Shown in pieces: positions 34,656 through 45,500 of a stretch of 64,000 nt of DNA. The stretch's first letter is position 1, and every line of letters begins with the position of its first letter. The notes beneath the pieces were generated by a model. It did not search any database and was not told the DNA's origin. It saw only the letters and a program-made list of their open reading frames with translations. The translations under genes were made by a program, and so were the position numbers. The stretch is from contig NIVC01000211.1 in NCBI GenBank assembly GCA_002269645.1, positions 372,001-436,000 on the forward strand. Direction: 5' to 3'. This DNA is from Macrostomum lignano (taxonomy: Eukaryota).

Positions 34656-37600
34656 GGGTCGTTCTCAAAGCTAGGTCACAACTTTTTGTTATTGCAAAAA
34701 AAGTTTATACATCGACCAATAATCGTACAAAAAAAATTCTTTCGACAATTTCTGTAAGAAGCTGCTACTAAAACCACAAGAAAACTTGAAATTGACAAGA
34801 AATCAAGGCTATTTGTTATTCTTTGTTGCGGAAAATAAACGACAAAAATATTAAAGAGAAAATAAAATTTTCTTCTATTTTTATTTTAAATATGCAGTTA
34901 AATTTCTTTTGCAAAAATAAAAGAACAAGAAATTGACAAAGGAAATGTTTTTGAGCACAGCATTTTGTTACTCTGCTCTAAATCCCAGACATTTAAAATT
35001 ATCGTGTGCGAAAAAGTGCGAAATTATTATAGCATGCACTCGAAAGGACTTCGATCAGTTTAACTAATCACTGAATTAAGAAGTCTAAATAAGTCTTGAA
35101 AGGTTGAATTAAAAATCAAGTTTTCACTATGTATCTTTTCAAAGTTAAGATGATTCGACAAATAAAGAATGTTCATTTTTATGGTTAATAGAATTGTTTT
35201 CATTTTTACATTAAATATAATAAAATCTAACTAATAGTAGAAAAAGTCAGGGAACTATCCTTGAACACCAAAAAGCACATTGTGGATTTAATATCGACTG
35301 CATGTTCCTTAATAAAGGAATTCGGATACTAGTATATATTTGATTATTTGTAGCATAATTTCTGAAAACTATAACTTGCTTGATTTTACTTTAAGTACTT
35401 ATTACATTAATACTTATACCAAAGCTACATGTACTTAAAATAAAAAATTATAGTTACTTATTAGACATTTTACTCCAAATAACTTAAAATAATTCAAATT
35501 TATTTTAATTAATTCATTTTTTGAAACTTTTTGGAAAATAGACAAAATTGAATTATTTAATTACCAAAAACCTACTAGCTTAACTAAAATAGCAATTAGT
35601 CTTTAAGAAAAGATTTCACTTGTTAATTGAGAAAAATGAGGATGTGCGAGGTGTAAAAATGGAAAGAGCATGCAGGAAACAGAGACAAACAAAAATGTAG
35701 GTAAAAGACACTGCACATGCACATAATATGATAACCAGACATAATGCGCACACTGAAACACCAGTAGCAATGACGCCCAAGCTTTTGATGATCACAAGTG
35801 AAAAGGCAAAACCCAGCCATCTAATCAAAGAAGTAGACTATAGCACGCATATTGAGTGCATCACGCATTTTTTGCAGAGAAGCTCGAAAATTAACATTGT
35901 ATTCTGTGCACAACCACCAACTGCGACAGGGTCTGCCGGGGGATTTGTGGGCACGCGGTCGCGGATACAAATCGGAGGAGTCGCTGACCATTCTGAAATT
36001 ACTAGCTAGCACATGTAATTTTGTGTATTAATATTTTTTAGCCCGCTTTATTTCTATGCTCTCGTCCGCCTCTCGTTAATGCATCCCCAGACTCATGCAA
36101 AAATTAAACTTATGATCGAACTATGCATGGCTTCCGTCCCTCGCTTTGAATCTCTCACCTCCCCATAGTTCCATCAACCTTACCGTAGTGGCTTCCTATG
36201 CAAAAATCATCCCTCCGCATCTTACACAGGCTACTTCAGGCTGTAGACTGTACTACACTATTAATTAGTTGCGCTAAGGAATCTACATGTATTTTGATCG
36301 CAGCGCAGCGCGCTGCTCAAAGAAGTTTAGATCTATCTAGATATTCTAGTAATTTCAGGTTTGTCCATAGACTAGAGCTCATGAGATGAGAATTCCATTA
36401 ACTAGTACATTTAATATGAATGAACTGCGTGTGTGTGTGCTGTGCATACATATGTATAAAGACAGACAAATCGCGTCAGTTTTAGTATTAGGATATACGA
36501 GTAGTTTATGGGCCAAATTATTGTGTGGCACAATTCTTGGCATCACTCAGCAGGCACAAGATGCAGTTAAGCAGCGCACGAAAATTCTACAAAAGAAATT
36601 GAGCCTGGTTGAGGTGATGCGAGGAGGCAGATCCACAACAACAACAACAAAATACGCTGTCATGATGGTAAAAGTCAGCGTCACAGGGCGCGCTTCATGG
36701 CTTGGGCGCGAACAAAGGCCGCGCCACCGGCAGTGTCCGGGGCGCCGGCGTCAGCCAGCAGACAGTCGACATAACGCCGAGTTCGCGCTTGACCTCGCCG
36801 GTAGGGTGCCTGCAGCGTGAGCAGCAGCACCTCCTGCACCGGCTGTGGGCAGTACGACTCGGCGCGGATGAGATGGCCTGCGAGCTGGAGTCGCCGACGG
36901 CGCAGTAGATCACTTGGACGTGGCAGGCCAGCGCGGCGATAGAGTGCCGCGTTGGTGACTCGCTCGACGCCGATGTTGAAGGCGGCGCGCAGCAGACCAG
37001 CGTGCGCCGCACCGACTTGCTGTTCGAGTGAGTCCGTCAGCGTCCAGGTCTCGGCGTTGTACAGCAGGACGGTCTCGATTACCGCCTGGAACAGCGCCGC
37101 CCTCTGGCGGTCCGGTAGGGCCTCGGACTGCAGGACTGCCCTCACAGAACGAAAGGCAGCCCAGGCAAGCCCGCGGCGGCGTCGCAGGTCCTCGCGAGCG
37201 TCTGGAACCAGACCGCCGAGGTAGACGAACTGCTGACATCGCGGGAGTTCGGTCGCCTGCCCGTCAGCGCCTCGGCAAAATATTGCAGCCTCGATGTCGT
37301 CCGGCACGCAGAGCACAACGGTCTTCTGCGTGTTGACCACCAGGCCGACACTCGCCTGGTTGACCACCAGATCCACACAATCTCAGTGAATACACCAGAC
37401 TGCACCAGATACGAGTCCAGTCGAATGTGCGCACTGGTCTAAGCAGCACACGCATGTCCTTCTGACAATGACGGCACCTAGCTTCGTCCAAGCCTTTGCC
37501 AGCGTCACTGACAGCGTCAATACTACCATGCAGTGCCACCTGCAGCACCGACAACGGCAATTCCTCCAGTTAGCCCACAACAGTGGCTAAACTGAGGGAC

Positions 37601-39229
37601 AGGGAACCTACCCACAGAAGACACACACATACACACACAGCACCGGCAGCAGCACTCTGACAGCATAACCTAAAGCTCCATGAGCTCAGTTTTCAAGCAT
37701 TGAAGAAGCAGAAGCAGTCATCTTGGATCCAGGGATCAGGAAGAGTGTTGCATGTCCGACATGTGCTGTTTCCGTGGCAAAAGGTGATGGAGCAAATTAA
37801 TCAACACTTTCTATCTAGCTCGTATTAAGACAAAAAAACTGAGGCAAGCTGGGATTAAACCAAAGAAAATTTTTTACTATACTTTTTTACCATACTTTTA
37901 CTATACTTCTATAGTATAGTAGAGAGGTACTCTATTTAAATGCAGTAAGAAGTGAAACAAATTTATATATTTAATTATTAAATTAAATTAATTCAAGGTA
38001 AATAACTTATTTAACCAATTTATTAGGAGTATTTATTATTATAATAAATTGATTTTTATACCTTACACGAAATAAGCTCTACATTCATTTCTTAGCTTGG
38101 GGCCCATCTGTATAAGGTCAGTTTCTTCAAAATGCTGATTAATTAATTAAGGCCTGTTGTCTTTACTTAAATTTATAAGGGCATCTTAGAAGTTAATATT
38201 ACTATATAATACATGTATAATAGTATTACTATATTATAATAATATAGTTGCAATTTTAATGACTATTGAATAAGTCTAAATGCTTCCCCTATTGACTCTA
38301 AATATATGGTATCTTTCCCTTCAGAAAAAATTAGCATAGAATGACTTGATGAAAACAAAAAAAATCATTTCGAGATACACATTTGCTGATCATTCAGGTC
38401 AAATTTCAAGGTCCAGTTTTGCACATGTTTCTCTGTAGCTTGGTTACAAGGATTTTAATAAAAATATAATAAATATGTCCAATGAACTAACTGATACATA
38501 GCCAAATTGAAGTATTTTCAAAAACAAAAAAAATCATTTGCTCAGTTTACTTTACTGGATATCTGTGTAAAATTTCAGCTCAAAAGGTGCTCCATGGAGA
38601 ATGCTAGTGTGGTTACAGGATATTTATTTTGTGCTTCAAAGTAGGAGTTAATTGCGATGCATGGTTGCTTTTAATTATTTTTATCAATAATAGTGCTCTA
38701 TTTCATAACAATTTTTTACAAAAAGATAATAAGACATGTTTTTCTAATTATCTGCATCAAAATGTATCATTTTAAGCGCACATTCTAGACGTCAGCTGAA
38801 AAATACATTTTGTGAGACGCAAAGAGGCTATCCCACCGGAAATGCTAGGCGTCCAGTTAAGCGTCTATAAAATCATTTATAGTGCAGTTTATTGAGCTTT
38901 GAAAAATTCTTAAATTAAATTTATATAAGCTTTCATTTTAAATGTAATATAGCAAGGTTTCAACACAACAACAACTTGTTTTAGCTACAGACATCTTGTA
39001 GTATCAAAAATTAACATCGGTGAAATGATTGAATTTGAATTTTTTCATCGCTAATTATCGCTTAATACCGCCAGATGATTAAAAACACTTTTGCATGATA
39101 AAGTTCAACCCAAAAATTATCTTTATTCACAGATAAAAGTGTCCTATTATTTTGAATATGGCAGTAACAATAGTAAATGTTCGGAAAATTGTTAAAATGT
39201 TTGCTCCTCCTAGAATTTGCGAACGACCC
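34656..39229. mobile_element. 4.6-kb non-autonomous DNA transposon with GGG termini and 4-bp TSD GACT (Sola2-like)
   Basis: gggtcgttctcaaa at 34656 and inverse tttgcgaacgaccc ending 39229. gact at 34652-34655 and 39230-39233. Removing it restores the host terminus ...gaattgactggcaccc. Confidence 0.75.
36634..37365 (-). mobile_element. 5'-truncated LINE (RTE-like) 3' fragment with (TTG)n tail
   Basis: GLVVNTQKT...FVYLGG...VLLYNAETWTLT...RRRRLQLAGHLIR, the RT-thumb region of non-LTR elements; tail at 36634-36650. Confidence 0.85.
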
Positions 39230-42200
39230 GACTGGCACCCTGTAGAAGATAGGGCAGCTATCTCCTCAGTGTGCCGTGCGGATAAGCAGAAAATTATTCG
39301 CATGGTACCGTTGGAATAAGACAAAAATTATTCCTACGGTACCGTGGGGATAAGCACTGCCTTAATATTTTATCATCTCTATTATTAGACTTAATTTGTG
39401 TTACATCTTTTATCTAAAGCTAAGTGGGCAGACAAACAAACAACCAGAACCAGGCACCAGCTGGGTTGTTAAATGCGTATCTCCTAGTTTTATATAATAT
39501 TGTTAACACAGTCAGCTAAGAATTATAAAATATAATTCAAAAACCAATGAGCTAAGGCTGCAGCTGCTGAGCTATTCCATTCTATATAAGCCTATGGTTT
39601 TAGATAGCCTTATAGCCTATACTTAGGCCTATAGGACATTTTTATGATAAATAGGCCTAATTAATTGAGTTTTATTATGTAAAAAATTGACTTAACATTG
39701 AATCTAATTTTCTAAAGCTTTATTTATTATTAATAATTATGAAAATGAATGTTATAGTAGTAAGCCTAGAATCCCCTAGATCTAAATCTAGGTTTCTATG
39801 CCTTTTGGCACCTCAGTACCTATGCTTTTTGGTACTCTATGCTTTTGGTACCTAGCATGGGTAGGCCTACTAGTCATTTAGATGACAAGTTGTTTTGGTG
39901 ACAAGTTTGTTAGGATTTTTGTTTTGTTCCTATTTGAAAATATCTATCAAAAGATGAATAAATCATATATGTAAAAAAATAAATCAAACTAATTAGACCA
40001 TGTATAGGCCCCTAGTTTTCTTTTTGTGTATATAGATTTGAATTACCCTAGGCCTAGAATTTCTATAAGAAATGCAAAACATAGAAAGATTTATATATTA
40101 GGTCTGCCTCCTACAAAAAATAGGCCTAGTCATTTTGGGCTAAAATGCAAGTTTTCTATATTTATAATGATTTTTTAGGCAAATTTAACAGTTCTATACA
40201 ATATAATCATCTCTATAAACTAGGCCTAATCTCTAAATATTCCAAGAAATATAGTTTATTATCCCATTTATATAGGCTTAGTTCTTGCTTTATAATTGAT
40301 TAGTCTAATAATTTAGTTATTATAATATCTAAGATTAGATAGGGATAAGCAAATTGTGGCCCATAGGTCTTATACAAAGGCTATCCTAAAAGTTTTTCCA
40401 ATCATGCTACAGTTTGGACTGATATCACAACAAAACTATTGATTTTTCATAGGGAGTCAAAATAGGATCCAATTAATATAATGGCTTTCTCAGTGCTTAG
40501 AAAACTTAGAAATGCCATCTATAACACTTGAATCACCCAGGTGTTTTAGAAGTCAGATGATCTCATTGAAAAGCTTGTTCAGGCATTGATACTAGCAACT
40601 CCTAGTCCTCTGTAAGAATTTGGTAGATGCTAAATAAAAGAATTTTACTAAGTTCTGCCATTTCTTCAAATATCTATTTTGGATCAATTTCTAGCAGATT
40701 TCTAGTGGCTATGTTGATAGTTGCAGCCACTACAGCATTGTCTATGGTAGAAATAGATCAATTGTATGAACTTTTGGGATGCCCCTTGTAGTTTTCAAAA
40801 CCTCTATCTAGCTCTTAGGTACTTTATAACTTCATAATATCAATCTGGCCTACTTAGGCCTAAGGCTTATGTTTCTTAGTTCTCTTTTTCTAGAGTCTCT
40901 TTTCTTCATTTTTTCTCCTTTTCTCCTTTCTATTGTCTTCTCTTTTTCCATTTTTATCTCTTCTTTTTTACTTTAATGTTTTCTTTTTATTTTGCTACTT
41001 TCTTTTCTATTTTTTATCTTCTCTATTTTCCTTATCTTTGCTATTTTCTCTTTTTCTTTTTCCTTTCTATATGATTGCTTTGCTAAAAAAGCAAAATATA
41101 AATATAATTGCATGTCATTCAAGATTAAGGCTAAAAATTTCTTACAATTGTAATAAAATAGTTGAACATTGTTTATGTAAAATTTGAGTAGTATTTTTGG
41201 TAAAAGTGGAATGATGCTATATAGTAGCTTTGCCATAACCATTTTTTCTATATCTATAGCCATGTCTCAAAATCTTTCCCATAGCTTATCTATATCCATA
41301 TCCATAGCTAATAAGCTTTTTATAACTGTTATACAATGCTAAGACCTGGACCCTGATAGATGTATTGTATTAGCTAGACACAATGTATATGGCTATCCTG
41401 TATACACAGTTTTGCAGGTTCACATGAGTCTAGGCAGCAAAACCAATGTTGCACTTTTCACAAAGGTGTGCTTGATATAGGTTTCTGACCTACTGTGTAG
41501 ATGAAAAGTTGAAAACTTTGACTGGCTAGCCATATTATCTGGTTATAGGTCCGTTGCCTTGAGCTATTACTTGAAATGCTGCTATTCAAGCTGTAGGGAC
41601 TGCATAGGCTAGTCCAATGGCAAATAGCAATATTCTCTTCTCTGTCCCCTTTTCTATCCTCTTCTCTATTGGCTTTGTTAATCTTAACTTAAGCCCTTAC
41701 TATCCCAACCACAAAGTGCATATGCTGTCAAAATATTGTTTGAGTCCCTGACTTCAGGTACTTAAGAGCTCCCTTTGTAGGCCCATTGATAATAAAAACA
41801 TGTCTTGACTTTAACCCCCCCATTTCAATGCCAATGTGCAATAGTGTCAAAAAATGTCTTTGTTGCTTGAGTCCTCAATTCTATTCTAAGGACTTAAGAG
41901 CTCCCCACATAATGAAAGTGAAAACATTCATCTTAAATTTAGCCTCTACAATCCCAGCCCTATCCTAGTCCCTAACCCCAGGGACTTAAGAGCTTCCCTT
42001 GAAAGTGATTCATCTTAACTTTAGCCCCTTCCACCTAACAACAATGTGCATATGGCATCAAAACTCTCTGTTGCTTCAGTAGCATGCTTTTACTAGCATC
42101 TTATATACATTATTGGCCTAAGCAGTATTTTACTTGTTACAATGTTAATTATATATTGTCAATCAAATAAGCTACAACGAACAACTTTACAAAGGTGTTA

Positions 42201-42586
42201 TCTAGTACAAAACTGAGTTCACAAATGAAAATAATAGTAATTTTTATTTTTTATTCATCAGGCTAAACGCTCCATAAAATTACTTTGTTTAAACACTATA
42301 ATAACATCTACTATTTTCAATCAATTCAAACAAGGTAAGCAAAATTTATCATCAATAAAATTTCAAAATGTTATTTTAAAGATTTCGAATACCATTGGAT
42401 CTCTATTGCATAAGAAGCTTAGATTTTTAAAGTGCATACTTTTATATACTTTCTGAGTAACTTTAATATAGAATCTTTGTTCATTTTTTTGCATGTTTAT
42501 ATCAGATTTCTTAAAAGCATTATTAATAGTCACCAGATTGTAGCAATATAAAAGATAATTAATATAAAAAACTCTAAAGACTGCAG

Positions 42587-45500
42587 ATGGTTGGCAGCTG
42601 CACTAACTTCGACTCTGTAGAAGACGAGAAGAGTTCACATCGTCAGGATTTAAGCACGCTATCAGACTCTGCTGCCAATGAAGAGCTGTCTTCTAAAGCT
42701 ACCGATAATGATGCTACTGCAACGGAAAATATGGATGCTGAAGCCGGCTCTAATGCCAATACAGTCTCCGGTTTTGATTCTCCAACAGCCGAAGGATCCA
42801 GTGATGGAGATACATCGATAGAATCTTCCTTAATCTCTGTCCCAGCCTCCGTGTTGCCTTCTCCATCCTCTTCATCATCTTCGACAGCATCATCAACTGC
42901 TTCTACATCGAAACAGTCGTTAGTGACATTTCCGAATAGTTTAGATTGTAGCTCTGTAGGGCCAGAGTCTCATGAAGACCAGGCTCTGTTCGATGTGATT
43001 ATCATTGGTGCCGGAGTGTCCGGTTTAGCGGCTGCTCAGATGCTGCACAAAGCCGGTCTGAGATGCGTTGTACTCGAGGCTCGAGATCGGATTGGTGGCA
43101 GGATTCACACTATCGAACTGCCAGCTAGCGCAGAGCACGGTCTGCCATCCGTTTCAGTTGATTTGGGTGCCAACTATTTGCATGGCTGCTCAAATTCTCA
43201 GCTGGAACAGCCGCTGTTTCATTTGGCTAGGTGGGTGATGTGCGGGTCTTGTAGTTGATTACTTCATTGGTTAGCTCTGTAAATAAATATTCGCTGGGTT
43301 GGTTTGTGGGTTTTCGGTTACGTCTTCCTATCACCCGGCGCTGAAACAATTCCGTCCATTTCTTAGACTCCTGTCGTGTGATTCAAAACCCATGAGAGCC
43401 AACCCACAAGGCACAAAGAGGGTAATTTGCCTGACAGGAGTGGAAATTCAAAGGCCGCTCTGTACACCCCATATGAGCAGCGGGGCACATGGGGGACATG
43501 CTCCCAGTAAAAGGTATGGGGGGCATGCCTTTGCTTTGGCTCCATAGCCCCACCTCGACCTCACCTTGTGACCCGTTGTGGAAGTTGAAATTTTGCTTCA
43601 GGGCGCCAAAATATAGCGCTGTCAGCGCTAAAGTATGTTTTTAGCGCTAAAATGAGTGCCTGCGGCGCCAAAATAAATGCCTGCGGGGCTAAAATGAGTG
43701 CCTGCGGCGCCAAAATAAATGCCTGTGGCGCCAAAATGAGTGCCTGCAGCGCTAAAATGAGTGCCTGCGGTGCCAAAATGAGTGCCAGCAGCGCTAAAAT
43801 GAGTGCCTGCAGCGCCAAAATGAGTGCCTGCGGCGCCAAAATGAGTGCCTGCGGCGCCAAAATGAGTGCCTGCAGCGCCAAAATGAGTGCCTGCAGCGCT
43901 AAAATGAGTGCCTGCAGCGCCAAAATGAGTGCCTGCGGCGCCAAAATGAGTGCCTGCGGCGCCAAAATGAGTGCCTGCAGCGCTAAAATGAGTGCCTGCA
44001 GCGCTAAAATGAGTGCCTGCGGCGCCAAAATGAGTGCCTGCAGCGCCAAAATGAGTGCCTGCAGCGCCAAAATGAGTGCCTGCAGCGCTAAAATGAGTGC
44101 CTGCAGCGCCAAAATGAGTGCCTGCGGCGCCAAAATGAGTGCCCGCGGCGCCAAAATGAGTGCCTGCGGCGCCAAAATGAGTGCCTGCAGCGCCAAAATG
44201 AGTGCCTGCAGCGCTAAAATGAGTGCCTGCAGCGCCAAAATGAGTGCCTGCGGCGCCAAAATGAGTGCCCGCGGCGCCAAAATGAGTGCCTGCGGCGCCA
44301 AAATGACTTACTGCGGCGCCAAAATGAGTTACTGCGGCGCCAAAATGAGTTACTGCGGCGCCAAAATGAGTGCTAACAACACTTATGTTCGTATTTCCAA
44401 AATAGTTGTAGGAATATAGTCGTGTGTGGAATACTTGGCTTTGTCCTCAATATTTCATCAATTTTACATTTTAACAATCAATCCACAGGCATTTAAAAGT
44501 GCAAACCTGCGTAGCCCCAGCCGATCTGGGCGACAAATATCGCGGCTGGGAGTCAGCCGAAGTGGCCGTCTGGCGAGATTTGGACAGTGGCAATGAGATT
44601 CCATTGGAAACTGTGGCTGATGTCTGCTTTCTGTTTGATCAGTGCCTGATGCACTGCTTGGCCTCGGTTAGGAGGCTGAGAAATCCCGCTTGGGTGCCGC
44701 TACAGTCCGTGTTTCGCGCTTCGACTCGGTGAGTTCTGAACGTTTTTTTAGGATGTAGTGTTCTATTCAGTCATGATCTTCAGATCTTAATGCTGGCACC
44801 CATTTTACAGCTGGGTGAACTGAAGCAATGCATAGTTAGGTGTCTTACTCAAGGACACAAATTGTTCCGAGTGGGTCAGGAATCGAACCCCCGACCTTTC
44901 AGTTGTGAGTCCGCCGCTCTCACCACTAGGCTACAACCCCTTACCTATCTATCTACCTACCTACCTATCTGCCTACCTGCGTATCTCCCTACCTATCCAC
45001 TTACCTATCTACCTACCGATCTACCTATCTACCTGCCTGTCTACCTACCTGCGTATCTACCTATCGATCTACCTACGTGTCCATCTACCTACCTCTCTGT
45101 CTACCTACCTACCTACCTATCTACCTACCTACCTACCTATCTACCTACCTACCTACCTATCGACCTACCTACCTACGTAACTACTACCTCCTTACATATC
45201 TGCTTACCTACCTACCTACCTAACTACCTAATAGGTGCCCATATTGCCGCCAATGGTGTGCAATCTACGAGGGGTTAAAGAGATGAATATATACTACACA
45301 TTATATGATAGCTTTACCTTTCTCCATAAGGTAGACAAATAGAAATTGTTTTATCAAGTGCTCCCAATTGCATTTGAATTTAAGATCATTTTTAATTTAA
45401 GAAATTTAATAACATTTCATATCTATAACTTTGTAAGTTACCTGATTTCAGCGCCATACTAAAGATGCACTGTCAAAACGGCCGCCGACCAAACCAGTTA

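Larger units (their letters stand above)
12781..39240. mobile_element. DNA transposon with GG termini and 8-bp TSD TGTAGAAG, carrying PHD and FLYWCH-like remnants (probably MULE-related)
   Basis: Left terminus ggtttccagttgattcgtctgc at 12781. Right terminus ...gcagacgaattgact|ggcaccc is split between 34620-34655 and 39234-39240. tgtagaag at 12773-12780 and 39241-39248. Confidence 0.8.
12223..39361. mobile_element. Mutator-like MITE (outermost layer; own sequence 12223-12780 plus 39241-39361) with long TIRs and 9-bp TSD TTAATATTT
   Basis: Left end ggcagtgcttatccccacggtaccgtaggaataat at 12223; inverted end ...tacggtaccgtggggataagcactgcc ending 39361. ttaatattt at 12214-12222 and 39362-39370. 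Right TIR is split between 12690-12780 and 39241-39361. Confidence 0.85.

Noticed and set aside
37383-37600. GC-rich open frames next to the LINE fragment
   Set aside because: No recognisable motif; cannot be assigned.
43561-44419. ALILAPQ and SAKMSAC repeat ORFs on both strands
   Set aside because: A 21-bp intronic minisatellite.
44870-44940. tRNA-Val(CAC)-like gene
   Set aside because: The anticodon stem pairs poorly and the sequence continues into a body shared by other copies, so it is a SINE head.
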